Shown: positions 1 through 9,519 of the stretch, one piece after another
Layout: every line of letters begins with the position of its first letter
Numbering within the stretch: position 1 is the first letter of the stretch
DNA from: Candidatus Tanganyikabacteria bacterium
Lineage (GTDB): Bacteria; Cyanobacteriota; Sericytochromatia; S15B-MN24; VGJW01
Assembly (NCBI GenBank): GCA_016867265.1
Contig: VGJW01000010.1
Coordinates: forward strand, 35,525-99,524
DNA length: 64,000 nucleotides
Direction of reading: 5' to 3'
Position numbers and translations under genes: made by a program
The notes under the pieces: generated by a model
What the model saw: only the letters and a program-made list of their open reading frames with translations
Database searches by the model: none
What the model was told of the DNA's origin: nothing

Positions 1-373
1 GGTCCAGAGCTCGTTGGCCAGCATGGGGTCGGGATGGTCGTGGGGGTTGGAAAAGGGGGGGAACCGGGAGGCTGTCGACGCCCGGAAGGGTTTGGAGATC
101 CGGTCCGTCCTTGTCCGGGCCGTTCTCCGGCGGGTGAAGCCGATGGTAACTCCGCATCGGAGAGCCTGCCAGATCCCTTGAGGCCTACCGGGATGCCTGA
201 TGGGCCCCATGATCAGCCAAGCATGGGCAGCCCGGGCCATTTCAGGGAATCTCCCCAAGGCTGGAGAAGCCTGTCGGGGCCTTGTCCGTCTCCCGTCAGC
301 GTGTTAAAGTTGACCTGATTGTGCTTGGGCCACGTTATCCGATGGCTCGTTTTCTCTCCGAAGGAATCTCGAC

Positions 374-517
374 ATGCTCGCTCTTACGTTCCAGCATGGT
401 GGCAAGAAGCGGAAGCGCGCCCGTACCCACGGCTTTCTGGTGCGCATGAGCACCAAGAACGGTCGCCGTGTCATCAAGGCCCGCCGGGCCAAGGGCCGTC
501 AGCGCCTCGCAGGCTAG
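374..517 (+). CDS. rpmH: 50S ribosomal protein L34
   Basis: 47-codon ATG ORF below the 60-aa cutoff of the supplied track; translation [47 protein letters not shown] matches the L34 signature (HGF.ARM.TKNGR.V...RRAKGR.RL); directly precedes rnpA as in most bacteria. Confidence 0.85.
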   Translation: MLALTFQHGGKKRKRARTHGFLVRMSTKNGRRVIKARRAKGRQRLAG

Positions 518-903
518 TGCTGCCGCGGACCCTGCGGCTCAGGGGCGGGCGCGACTTCGAGGCGGTCTACGCCTCGGGCAGGCGTTCGTCCTTTGCGCTT
601 TTGGGTTGCCACGTCCTGTACGGGCCCGATCCGGATCGGCGACCCTCGCGCTTCGGATTCGTGACCAGTCGCAAGGTGGGCAAGGCCCATGTCCGTAACC
701 TGGTTCGCCGCCGCATGCGGGCTGTCGTGGCCTCGATGCAGGCCTATCTGGCTCCCGGAGCGCGTGTGATTCTGGTTGCGCGGCCGGCTGCGGCGACGGC
801 GACGCAAGCAGAACTGGCCGTCGTCATCGGCAAGTTGCTTGTGCGTACGGGCCTGCTTCCGTCGACGCCGGGGGACCCTCCCGGTAACATGAACCCTGCA
901 TGA
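517..903 (+). CDS. rnpA: ribonuclease P protein component
   Basis: GTG at 517 overlapping the rpmH TAG; translation [18 protein letters not shown]...[23 protein letters not shown] is typical RnpA (basic, ~128 aa); in frame with track ORF 319..903 whose upstream part overlaps rpmH. Confidence 0.8.
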   Translation: MLPRTLRLRGGRDFEAVYASGRRSSFALLGCHVLYGPDPDRRPSRFGFVTSRKVGKAHVRNLVRRRMRAVVASMQAYLAPGARVILVARPAAATATQAELAVVIGKLLVRTGLLPSTPGDPPGNMNPA

Positions 904-1127
904 ATCCCGAACGGTGGGTCGAACAATCGGTCCTAGGTTTGCTCAGGGGCTACAAGCTTCTGATCTCTCCTTGGCTGCCCCCCTCTTGCCGCTTCTGGCC
1001 CACGTGCTCCGAGTACGCCCATGAAGCCGTGGTCCGCCACGGTGTCCGCAAGGGTGTCCTGCTCGGAGCGAAGCGCCTCGCGCGCTGTCATCCCTGGGGG
1101 CCTCACGGCCCCGACCCCGTTCCTTGA
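900..1127 (+). CDS. yidD: membrane protein insertion efficiency factor YidD
   Basis: 75 aa, ...[48 protein letters not shown]... is the conserved YidD core; ATGA overlap with rnpA; followed by yidC. Confidence 0.85.
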   Translation: MNPERWVEQSVLGLLRGYKLLISPWLPPSCRFWPTCSEYAHEAVVRHGVRKGVLLGAKRLARCHPWGPHGPDPVP

Positions 1128-1151
1128 TTACCTCTTTCAGGTCGTAGAACC

Positions 1152-1967
1152 GTGAATCCCATCGATGCGCTGATTCAGAGCGTGATGATCCCCGTCATCA
1201 GGTTCTTCCATGGCTCGCTGCCGTGGCACAACTATGGCCTTGCCATCGTCTGCCTGACGGTGCTGGTCAAGACCCTGCTTTTCCCGCTCAACGTCAAGCA
1301 GTTTTCGAGCATGCGCATCATGCAGCGCCTGCAGCCGAAGCTTCGCGAGTTGCAGGAGGCCCACAAGGACGATCCACCTGCCATGCAGGCCAAGATGATG
1401 GAGCTCTACAAGGAGCACAACACCACGCCGCTTTCGGGTTGCATGCCCGTGTTGTTCCAGCTGCCTGTGCTGTTCGCGCTCTATGGCTCATTGAACGACA
1501 AGAATCTGATCGCCAGCATCAAGGCGGCGGCCGATTCGGAGAGCAGCTTCCTGTTCATCCGCGACTTGCTGGCCGTCGGCATCAAGACCGGCTCGACCCT
1601 GCACTGGGACAACATCGCCCTCATCGCGATCTTCGCGTTCACCAGCTGGATGACGCAGAAGATGATGATGACGAACCCCAACGATCCTTTCCAGCGGCAG
1701 ATGCTGTTCATGTCGCCGCTTATGGCGCCGCTCTTCGGCTACCTGATGCCGTCGGGCGTCCTCCTCTACATCGTCGTGTCGGGCTTGGTCACCATCGTCC
1801 AGTACACGTATCTCCTCAGGCGCTTCCCGCCTGATCCGTCCCTGGCGACCCAGACGACCTTCGGCCCCGGCTTCGGCATGCCCAAGCCCGGCGCCCCGGG
1901 CGTCGTGGACGTCAAGGCCGAGCCCGGTCCCAATCGTGCCCAGCGTCGTCACGGAGGTGCTTCATGA
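1152..1967 (+). CDS. yidC: membrane protein insertase YidC (short form)
   Basis: 271 aa multi-TM protein with YidC/Oxa1 motifs (LLFPL..KQFSSMRIMQRLQPKLRELQEAHKDDP...MMELYKEHNTTPLSGCMPVLFQLPVLFALY); canonical rnpA-yidD-yidC-jag order. Confidence 0.85.
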   Translation: MNPIDALIQSVMIPVIRFFHGSLPWHNYGLAIVCLTVLVKTLLFPLNVKQFSSMRIMQRLQPKLRELQEAHKDDPPAMQAKMMELYKEHNTTPLSGCMPVLFQLPVLFALYGSLNDKNLIASIKAAADSESSFLFIRDLLAVGIKTGSTLHWDNIALIAIFAFTSWMTQKMMMTNPNDPFQRQMLFMSPLMAPLFGYLMPSGVLLYIVVSGLVTIVQYTYLLRRFPPDPSLATQTTFGPGFGMPKPGAPGVVDVKAEPGPNRAQRRHGGAS

Positions 1968-2554
1968 CTGCATCCACCATCCCTGCCCCCTTGGATCAAG
2001 CTCGGGACTGGCTGGTTCAGACGCTTCGGGCAATGGGCTTCGATCTTGCGGTGACGGCTTCCGTGACCGAGGAAGGGCCGCTTCTCCACATCGTCGACCA
2101 TCCCGACTCCGCCATGCTTATCGGGGCCCGGGGACAGACCCTCGATGCCTTCCAGGTGCTGGCGAACACGATGTTTCCGATCGAGGACGGCGAGCGTATC
2201 CGGGTCGATTGTGGTGACTATCGCGCGCGTCAGCAGGCAAGGCTTGCCGAGCAGGTTGCGGCTGCCGCCGCCGAGGCGCTCGAGCGGCAGGAAGGCGTCT
2301 GCTTGTCGCCGATGCATGCGGCGGACCGCAAGAAGGTGCACGACCTGGCCAAGGAGCATGCGGGCGTCGGTACGCTTTCGGTCGGCGAAGATCCGGCCCG
2401 CGCCGTCGTGATCAGCCCCTTGGATGCCGATGGCAAGCCCATGCCTTACGAGGGCCCCCTGCCCCAGCTGCCCCAGCGCGGTCGGGGTGGTCGCGGGCCC
2501 GGCGGTCGTGACCGCGATCGTGGTCGTCGCGGCGGGGGTCGCGACCGCGGCTGA
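1964..2554 (+). CDS. jag: Jag/KhpB RNA-binding protein (KH + R3H) with RGG-rich C-terminal tail
   Basis: Overlaps yidC stop; R3H region KKVHDLAKEHAGVGTLSVGEDPARAVVISP; unusual C-terminus RGRGGRGPGGRDRDRGRRGGGRDRG. Confidence 0.8.
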   Translation: MTASTIPAPLDQARDWLVQTLRAMGFDLAVTASVTEEGPLLHIVDHPDSAMLIGARGQTLDAFQVLANTMFPIEDGERIRVDCGDYRARQQARLAEQVAAAAAEALERQEGVCLSPMHAADRKKVHDLAKEHAGVGTLSVGEDPARAVVISPLDADGKPMPYEGPLPQLPQRGRGGRGPGGRDRDRGRRGGGRDRG

Positions 2555-2563
2555 CGCTGCCTC

Positions 2564-3910
2564 ATGGCAGAGACTATCGCGGCCCGTGTGACGCCTCCCG
2601 GACAGGGTGGTGTGGGCATCGTGCGGGTCTCTGGCCCTGAGGCCTGGTCCGTCGCCCGACGGGTCTTCCGGGCGCGTGGCGAGGGCCTGGATCGGACGCG
2701 TCGCGGCTTGGCCCTCGGGGCCTTGGTCTCGCCGCGGGATGGCGCCGTGATCGACGAGGTGCTGGCGCTTTGGTTTCCCGCACCGCGCAGCTACACGACG
2801 GAGGATGTCCTCGAAATCCAGGGGCATGGCGGGGTGATGGTGCAGGGTCGCGTGCTCGAGGCGGTCCTTGCGGCCGGGGCGCTCCCGGCCAGTCCGGGTG
2901 CCTTCACGCGGCGTGCGTTCCTGGGTGGACGGCTCGACCTGATGCAGGCCGAAGCCATCCATGACCTCATCACGGCACCGGGGGACCGCGCCCTCGAGGC
3001 GGCGCTCCGGCAGATGGACGGGGCGCTGTCCCGAATGGTGGCTGCTGCGCGTCAGGCGGTCATGGAGGGGGTGGCCGCGCTTGAAGGCAGCCTCGATTTT
3101 CCGGACGACGTTCCGGATGACGGACAACTCGCGGCAAGCCTGGGGGCCATCCGCGGCGAGTTGGCCGCTCTGGTCGGCACCGCAGGGGCCGGCCTCCGTG
3201 CCCGCGAGGGGTTGGACATCGTCCTCCTCGGTCGTCCGAATGCGGGCAAGTCATCGCTGCTCAACGCCCTGCTCGGCGAGGAACGGGCCTTGGTCGACGC
3301 CCAGCCCGGGACCACGCGGGACCGTATCGATGCGTTGTTGAGCGTGGGCGGCTATCCGGTCCGTCTCATCGACACGGCCGGCCTGCGCGAAGCCACGGAA
3401 GCACTCGAGGCCCGGGGCATCGCCATGGCGCGCGACGTGGCGCTTCGGGCGCCCATGCGCTTGTGGCTGGCCGGTGTGGACGAGGTTCCGCCTTGGCCGT
3501 GGGAAGAATCGGATGCCCCGGCCCATGCGTCTGATTGCGACCTCGTGATTCGTACCAAGGCGGATATCTTGTCCAAGGGCTCCGTCCCGGACGGCCCCGG
3601 TGATGTCTTGGTCTCGGCAGTGACGGGTGAAGGCCTGGATGACCTGCGTCGCGCCATCGTCGCGCGGATCGAGCCGCAGGAGGAACGCTTGGGTCACGGT
3701 GTTCTGGTGGACGCCCGTCACCGTGCGGTCCTCGAGCGGGCGATGGCCTGCCTCGACGAGGCTCGGGGTCTCGTTGCCGAGGGCTGGCCCGTCGATCTGG
3801 TGCTGTTGCCGATGAAGCGCGCGGCCCTGGAACTCGGGACGCTTACGGGGGCCGAGTTCAACGAGGACTTGCTCGATCAGGTCTTTGGCAAGTTCTGCAT
3901 CGGCAAGTAG
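2564..3910 (+). CDS. mnmE: tRNA modification GTPase MnmE
   Basis: 448 aa; G-domain [23 protein letters not shown]-terminal FCIGK motif diagnostic of MnmE/TrmE; no mnmG follows. Confidence 0.9.
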   Translation: MAETIAARVTPPGQGGVGIVRVSGPEAWSVARRVFRARGEGLDRTRRGLALGALVSPRDGAVIDEVLALWFPAPRSYTTEDVLEIQGHGGVMVQGRVLEAVLAAGALPASPGAFTRRAFLGGRLDLMQAEAIHDLITAPGDRALEAALRQMDGALSRMVAAARQAVMEGVAALEGSLDFPDDVPDDGQLAASLGAIRGELAALVGTAGAGLRAREGLDIVLLGRPNAGKSSLLNALLGEERALVDAQPGTTRDRIDALLSVGGYPVRLIDTAGLREATEALEARGIAMARDVALRAPMRLWLAGVDEVPPWPWEESDAPAHASDCDLVIRTKADILSKGSVPDGPGDVLVSAVTGEGLDDLRRAIVARIEPQEERLGHGVLVDARHRAVLERAMACLDEARGLVAEGWPVDLVLLPMKRAALELGTLTGAEFNEDLLDQVFGKFCIGK

Positions 3911-4065
3911 CGCGTGCAAGCGTCACAACCGTTGCGATACGGTTAATTCGTCGTGACCCGAGCCACAACGGAGCACCCGCCGTGGAGGTATCCTCCGGAA
4001 GTCATCCCCCGGATGGCATGTCCTGACAATCGACGTCCCGCCTTAGGGCATCGGGCAAGCGGTCC

Positions 4066-4088
4066 TTCACGAAACGCAAGTTCGTGAA
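4066..4088. promoter_or_regulatory. perfect inverted repeat TTCACGAA-N7-TTCGTGAA, candidate operator upstream of sigma-factor gene
   Basis: Seen directly: 8-bp arms, 7-nt spacer, ~90 bp upstream of the GTG start at 4179 in a 268-bp intergenic region. Confidence 0.35.
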
Positions 4089-4178
4089 CCGTGCCTGACG
4101 CATACCGCTCCTGCTAGGATCGGCTTTGGTGGGCTGGCTGGGGCTGGGTCTCGAAGGCCCGGACTGCGGAGGTTCGGC

Positions 4179-4940
4179 GTGGAGAAGACCCGCAAGTGGG
4201 CCAAGACCTCGGAAGAGAGGGAAGCCCTTGTGCTGGAGTACCTGCCGCTGGTCCGCAAGATTGCGCGAGGCTTGGCACGGCGCAGCACGGACCCCATCGA
4301 GGATCTGATCCAGGTCGGCTCGATTGGCCTGCTCGAGGCGATTGATCGCTACGAGTACGGTCACAATACCGAATTCAAGACCTTTGCCGTGCATTACATC
4401 ACGGGCCATATCCGCCATTATCTGCGGGATCGCCAGAGCCTGATGAGGGGACCTCGTGCCCTTCAGGAGCTTTCCTACCGCCTTTCCCAGGTCACGATGG
4501 CCTTGTCGCATCAGCTTGGCCGGGATCCCACGGACGCCGAACTGGCGGCCCAACTCGATATCCCCGTCAAGCAGATCGACGAGGTCAAGCAGTACGACAA
4601 TCGCGTCTCCGTCTATTGGCTGGATCAGGAGACGCGCTCGGACGAGGACGACTCGCGCAGCCTGCTCGAGACCTTGCAGGATCCGCGCAGCCATCGCGTC
4701 ACGCAGGACGATCAGGACGAGAAGCTGACGCTCCGGGATGCCATCGCGTTGTTGTCCCGTCAGCAGCAGGAGCTGCTCGAGATGCGTTACTTCCATGACA
4801 TGACCCAGGCTGAGGTCGCCCGTCGTCTGGGTGTCAGCCAGATGGAAATCTGCCGCCGCCTCAAGCGTGCGATCAAGCAGTTGCACACCATCATGCAGGT
4901 CAGCCCCGCGGGTCAGGCCGGTCTCGCCGACCTTCGCTGA
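4179..4940 (+). CDS. RNA polymerase sigma factor, sigma-70 family group 3 (FliA/WhiG/SigF-like)
   Basis: GTG start 6 nt after GGAGG; region 2 LIQVGSIGLLEAIDRYEY, region 4.2 HTH DMTQAEVARRLGVSQMEICRRLKRAIKQL; 253 aa with no region 1.1/1.2, i.e. not the primary sigma (which is at 44084). Confidence 0.8.
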   Translation: MEKTRKWAKTSEEREALVLEYLPLVRKIARGLARRSTDPIEDLIQVGSIGLLEAIDRYEYGHNTEFKTFAVHYITGHIRHYLRDRQSLMRGPRALQELSYRLSQVTMALSHQLGRDPTDAELAAQLDIPVKQIDEVKQYDNRVSVYWLDQETRSDEDDSRSLLETLQDPRSHRVTQDDQDEKLTLRDAIALLSRQQQELLEMRYFHDMTQAEVARRLGVSQMEICRRLKRAIKQLHTIMQVSPAGQAGLADLR

Positions 4941-4951
4941 GCCTCTGGCCG

Positions 4952-5419
4952 TCAGAGGCCGACGCGGATGATCGCCGAAGCGCCCCAGGCCCTGCCGGTG
5001 GCGCCACCAAGCAGGTTGTTCATTTCCTGGTCAGGAAGGCCCCAGACGGAGCCTTCGAGGTCGAGCAGGTCCAAGAGAGCGAAGCGACCTCCGGCCACGA
5101 GGCCGTAGGCCCCGGGCATGTTCCGGACGGGCGCCGGTCCCACGGGGAACCATTGCTGCGCCATGACGCCGGCCATCGTCGTGATGGGGCCGAGCGGTAC
5201 CTCGAGCACCAGGTCACCCCTGGCACCCACCGAATGCCACGCTTCGGTGCCCGTCAGGGCATTCCAGCGTGCATAGCCGCCCTGCAACTTCAGCGCAAGC
5301 GGGCCCACGGGCCCACCCAACCAGATGATGGGCACCTGCACCGAACGTGCCTGCACGGGTTCGTCGGCCACGCGGGTCTCGATGACCTGCCCACCCACGG
5401 GAAGCGTGTAGAGGCTCAT
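4952..5419 (-). CDS. hypothetical protein (155 aa), translationally coupled to REC-PilZ gene
   Basis: Internal Met of track ORF 4952..5494 gives ATGA overlap with the stop of the upstream minus-strand gene; Gly/Trp-rich, no recognisable domain. Confidence 0.4.
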   Translation of the reverse strand: MSLYTLPVGGQVIETRVADEPVQARSVQVPIIWLGGPVGPLALKLQGGYARWNALTGTEAWHSVGARGDLVLEVPLGPITTMAGVMAQQWFPVGPAPVRNMPGAYGLVAGGRFALLDLLDLEGSVWGLPDQEMNNLLGGATGRAWGASAIIRVGL

Positions 5420-6408
5420 CGGGTCTGGGGCACCGTGGGGTTGGCGAGTTTGATGTCCGTGCGGAACAGGTGAATGGTCAGCAGCACCATCCACAGGGGG
5501 CTGATGTCCTCGGGCAGGTCGATATCGGCCTCGATGGGTGCTCCGGCGACTTTGTGTATGCGCCGCACCTTGCCCACCACGGGGTCCAGACTGGGAGGGT
5601 TGCGTATTTCCATCGTGATTTCGTCGCCGATGCCCAGTCCATCGTGGACCCCGACCAGCCGAAGGCCGAGAGCCGACAAGTGACCGAGTGTGGCCAGCCG
5701 GTAGAACTGGCCGGGTACCCTGTAGCGCAGCGGCAGGTCCGAGGCGCGCCGGAAGCGCTGCTGGCGCTGGCTTCTGTGGGGGGGGCTAAGCAGGCGCACG
5801 GAGAGCAACTCGGGGTCTTCGCCCTCGGGCAACAGCACGATGCGCCGCCTTGTCGCCATGCCGTCGCGGTCCTCGTACTGCAGTTCGCCCTCCGTACCGG
5901 AGCCGTGGGCCAAGCCTGCCTGCTCGCCCCATGCGGGACGCTGGATGAACAGGACCTCATCGGCCTGACCGCGCGAGACCGTGTTGTAGGTGCGACTCTG
6001 GTCGTCCAGTTGCAGCGTCATGGGCGTGTCGAGCGGATGATGGTCCCCGGCAACCCGATTCAGCCGCTGCAGCAAGGTCTTGCCGTCCAGCGGCTTGGGC
6101 AGTAACTCGGAGGCACCGGACTCGATCGTGGCCTGCAGGACCTCGGCCGTGGTCTTCGAGGACATCATCACCACGGGCATCTGGCTGGTGAAGGGGTTGC
6201 AGCGGATGGCCATCGCCAGCAGCGGGCCGGGCAGGCCGCCTAGCTCGTAGTCGATGAGGGCCATCGAGGGCTGCTGCTTGATCGCGGCCGAGATGGCCTC
6301 GACGCCGTCCCCGACGGACACGCAGTCGTAACCCTCACCGGCCAGCATCGCGACGAGATTCCTGCGGTGCTGGGTGGAAGGGTCGGCAAGAAGAAGGAGG
6401 CGTCCCAA
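5416..6408 (-). CDS. response-regulator receiver domain fused to PilZ-like domain
   Basis: N-terminal REC (LLLLADPS...ALIDYEL phospho-Asp...VVMMSS...LPKP); C-terminal RxxxR-containing stretch (QRQQRFRRASD ... HLSALGLRL) consistent with c-di-GMP-binding PilZ. Confidence 0.7.
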   Translation of the reverse strand: MGRLLLLADPSTQHRRNLVAMLAGEGYDCVSVGDGVEAISAAIKQQPSMALIDYELGGLPGPLLAMAIRCNPFTSQMPVVMMSSKTTAEVLQATIESGASELLPKPLDGKTLLQRLNRVAGDHHPLDTPMTLQLDDQSRTYNTVSRGQADEVLFIQRPAWGEQAGLAHGSGTEGELQYEDRDGMATRRRIVLLPEGEDPELLSVRLLSPPHRSQRQQRFRRASDLPLRYRVPGQFYRLATLGHLSALGLRLVGVHDGLGIGDEITMEIRNPPSLDPVVGKVRRIHKVAGAPIEADIDLPEDISPLWMVLLTIHLFRTDIKLANPTVPQTR

Positions 6409-6512
6409 GGCAACCCCATATACCCCGAGGGCCCCGCAAAGCTAACCTCCACGCCTGACAGGGCCTCCGAGGGCGTAGAATGGGACGGTGCCGACGACAC
6501 GAGGAGGTGGCG

Positions 6513-8222
6513 ATGGCGACGCTGGACAAGCTGGACGAGACGGGCCTGGAGCGGTTACTGGCCGGGGAAGAGGGGCATCTCCTGCGCGCGCCGCGCGGTG
6601 CGACGCGGCTCTGCCGGGGCTGGGTCCAGGAGGCGGCCCTGCGGATGCTGCTGAACAACCTTGATCCTGAGGTGGCGGAACATCCGGAGCGTCTGGTGGT
6701 CTATGGCGGCACGGGCAAGGCGGCCCGGGGCTGGCCGGAGTTGCGGGCCATGGTGCGCACCCTGCTGACGCTCGCGGACGACGAGACGATGCTGGTGCAG
6801 TCGGGTCGGCCGGTCGGGGTTTTCCGGACGCATGCCGATGCGCCCCGGGTGCTCATCGCCAACAGCAACCTCGTCGGCAAGTGGGCCCATTGGGCGCATT
6901 TCCGAGACCTCGAGGACCGCGGCCTGATGATGTACGGCCAGATGACGGCCGGAAGCTGGATCTACATCGGGACGCAGGGGATTCTGCAGGGCACGTGGGA
7001 GACCTTTCGGGCGCTGGCCCGCAAGCATTTCGGCGGCACGCTCGCCGGCCGCTGGGTGCTGACGGCCGGCCTTGGCGGTATGGGTGGCGCCCAGCCCCTG
7101 GCCGTCACGATGAATGACGGCGTGGCCCTGGTGGTCGAGGTCGACGAGACGCGCATCCGGCGCCGCCTCGAGACACGCTACGTGATGGAGATGGCGACGG
7201 ACCTCGAGGACGCCGTGCAGCGGGTGCGGGCTGCGGTGGCCGAGCGTCGCCCCTTGTCCGTGGGGCTGCTGGGCAACATCGCCGAGGTCGCCCCCGAGCT
7301 GGTCCGGCGGGGCTGGATCCCCGACGTCGTGACCGACCAGACCTCGGCCCACGACCCGTTCTGCGGTTACTTGCCACCCGGAACCGATCCCCGCTCGGCC
7401 AAGGATCTGGCTGCTACCGACCCCGAGGGCTATGCCCGGCGCGTCGGCGAGGCGGCGGCCACCCACGTGCAGGCCATCCTCGCAATGATGGAGGCGGGGG
7501 CTGTCGCCTTCGACTATGGCAACAACCTGCGCCAGCTGGCCAAGGACCACGGCGTCGCCGACGCCTTCGACTATCCCGGCTTCATTCCCGCCTATATCCG
7601 GCCGCTGTTCTGCGAGGGCAAGGGACCGTTCCGCTGGGCGGCGCTGTCCGGCGACCCGGCCGACATCGCCCGCATCGATCGCTACATCCTCGAAGAGTTC
7701 GGTGCGGACGAAGATCTGGCTCACTGGATCCGCCTTGCCCGGGACCAGGTTGCCTTCCAGGGGTTGCCGGCCCGCATCTGCTGGCTTGGCTACGGGGACC
7801 GCGCCCGACTGGGCCGGGCCATCAATGACCTCGTCGCGCGAGGCGAGGTCTCGGCCCCGGTCGTCATCGGCCGGGACCATCTGGATTGCGGCTCGGTCGC
7901 CTCGCCCAACCGCGAGACCGAGGCGATGCGGGACGGCACGGACGCCGTGGCCGACTGGGTCTACCTGAATGCCCTCGTCAACACCTCGGGCGGTGCCTCG
8001 TGGGTCTCCCTGCATCACGGGGGCGGGGTCGGCATCGGCTATTCGCTGCACGCCGGCATGGTCATCGTCGCCGACGGCACGCCCGAGGCGGACCGCCGCC
8101 TGGAGCGCGTGCTGACCAGCGACCCCGGCATGGGCGTGATCCGTCATGCCGACGCCGGCTACGACGAGGCCGTCGCCTGTGCCGACGAACGGGGTGTCCG
8201 GCTCCCCATGCGGGAAGGCTGA
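6513..8222 (+). CDS. hutU: urocanate hydratase
   Basis: ATG after GAGGAGG; ~570 aa with urocanase hallmarks throughout ([13 protein letters not shown]-binding region); track ORF starts 33 nt earlier at a weaker start. Confidence 0.9.
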   Translation: MATLDKLDETGLERLLAGEEGHLLRAPRGATRLCRGWVQEAALRMLLNNLDPEVAEHPERLVVYGGTGKAARGWPELRAMVRTLLTLADDETMLVQSGRPVGVFRTHADAPRVLIANSNLVGKWAHWAHFRDLEDRGLMMYGQMTAGSWIYIGTQGILQGTWETFRALARKHFGGTLAGRWVLTAGLGGMGGAQPLAVTMNDGVALVVEVDETRIRRRLETRYVMEMATDLEDAVQRVRAAVAERRPLSVGLLGNIAEVAPELVRRGWIPDVVTDQTSAHDPFCGYLPPGTDPRSAKDLAATDPEGYARRVGEAAATHVQAILAMMEAGAVAFDYGNNLRQLAKDHGVADAFDYPGFIPAYIRPLFCEGKGPFRWAALSGDPADIARIDRYILEEFGADEDLAHWIRLARDQVAFQGLPARICWLGYGDRARLGRAINDLVARGEVSAPVVIGRDHLDCGSVASPNRETEAMRDGTDAVADWVYLNALVNTSGGASWVSLHHGGGVGIGYSLHAGMVIVADGTPEADRRLERVLTSDPGMGVIRHADAGYDEAVACADERGVRLPMREG

Positions 8223-9499
8223 TGGTTGCGGCCGTCGACTGGTTGCTTCGCGGGGCGCGGCTGGTCACGCCTGCGGGCGAGGTCGGCCCCCTTGCCGGCA
8301 GCCGCCAGGGTGACCTCGTCATCCACGACCGAGGTGCCGTGGCCTTGGCCGGCGGCCGGATCGTGGCCGCGGGTCCCGAGGAGGCTTTGCTGCAGGCCGT
8401 GGGAACCGGACCGGGTACCCGCGAGGTCGACCTGGAAGGCCGGCTGCTGACGCCGGGCCTGGTCGACGCCCACACTCACCCCGTCTATGGGGCCATGCGC
8501 CTCGATGATTTCGAGCGTCGCGCGCGTGGCGCGACCTATGCCGAAATTCTCGCGGCGGGCGGCGGTATCCACGAGACCGTGCGGCGCACCCGTGAGGCGA
8601 TGGTGGCCGAGTTGGCGACAGGGCTCGAGGCACGGCTGGATCGATTTCTTGCCTGCGGCACGACCACGATCGAGGCCAAGAGCGGCTATGGCCTTGATAC
8701 GGCTGCCGAGCTGGCCCAGCTCAAAGCCATCGCCGCAGCCCGGCATCCGGTGGCACGGGTCCCCACTTGGCTGGGTGCCCACGCGGTGCCGCCCGGACGA
8801 GACCCCGATGAGGTCATCGACCAGCTCATCGGCGAAAGCCTGCCTGCGGTCGTCGCCCAAGGCATCGCCCGCTTCGCCGACATCTTCTGCGAGCATGGAG
8901 TCTACACGACTGGACAGGCCGAGCGCCTGCTTCTGGCGGCCCGCGCGCACGGTCTGGGCCTCAAGCTTCATGCGGACGAGCTGGTCGATACGGGCGGGGC
9001 GGCTCTTGCGGCCCGTCTCGGTGCCCTGAGCGCCGACCACCTGCATGTGGCCAACCCTAAGGGTTTGGCGGCCATGGCCGCAGCGGGCACCTTGGCCGTG
9101 CTCTTGCCGGGAACAAGCATGTTTCTCGGCATGCGTGAGCCGGCACCGGCCCGCGCGATGATCGAGGCGGGCGTGCCCGTCGCCGTGGCGACGGACCACA
9201 ATCCCGGTTCCTGTCCGGCTGTTTCCCTGCCCCTGATGATGACCCTGGCCGTGACGCAGTTGCGCCTGACGCCGGCCGAGGCTTTCGTGGCCACGACGGC
9301 CAACGGGGCTGCCGCCGTGGGCATGGGCGACCGCATCGGGCGCATCCGCCCGGGCATGCGGGCCGACGTCGTGGCGTGGGACCTGCACGATTGGCGCGAA
9401 CTTGCCTACCACGTGGGTTCGGTCCGTGTTGCGGGCGTATGGGTTGCCGGGCGTGGCGTGCGCGGCGCTCTGGCGCATGCGTCACAGGATGCGGGTTAG
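8222..9499 (+). CDS. hutI: imidazolonepropionase
   Basis: Internal ATG giving ATGA overlap with hutU stop; [19 protein letters not shown]...GLVDAHTHPVYG metal-dependent amidohydrolase; the 537-aa track ORF upstream part overlaps hutU. Confidence 0.9.
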   Translation: MVAAVDWLLRGARLVTPAGEVGPLAGSRQGDLVIHDRGAVALAGGRIVAAGPEEALLQAVGTGPGTREVDLEGRLLTPGLVDAHTHPVYGAMRLDDFERRARGATYAEILAAGGGIHETVRRTREAMVAELATGLEARLDRFLACGTTTIEAKSGYGLDTAAELAQLKAIAAARHPVARVPTWLGAHAVPPGRDPDEVIDQLIGESLPAVVAQGIARFADIFCEHGVYTTGQAERLLLAARAHGLGLKLHADELVDTGGAALAARLGALSADHLHVANPKGLAAMAAAGTLAVLLPGTSMFLGMREPAPARAMIEAGVPVAVATDHNPGSCPAVSLPLMMTLAVTQLRLTPAEAFVATTANGAAAVGMGDRIGRIRPGMRADVVAWDLHDWRELAYHVGSVRVAGVWVAGRGVRGALAHASQDAG

Positions 9500-9519
9500 G
9501 CAGGGGTTAGACTGCGGAC

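Noticed and set aside
34-318. 94-aa plus-strand ORF at the window start
   Set aside because: Pro/Gly/Ser-rich, no motif, lies in the presumed dnaA-rpmH intergenic region.
25-373. DnaA boxes in the presumed origin region
   Set aside because: Best candidates (TTATCCGAT, TTGTCCGGG, TTGTCCGTC) match only 6/9 of the consensus; not convincing by eye.
4002-4886. 294-aa minus-strand ORF
   Set aside because: Fully antisense to the well-supported sigma-factor gene; Arg/Leu-rich composition typical of GC-rich antisense frames; no motif.
6555-8147. 530-aa minus-strand ORF
   Set aside because: Antisense to hutU, which has unambiguous urocanase signatures; composition artefact.
8159-9478. 439-aa minus-strand ORF
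   Set aside because: Antisense to hutI.
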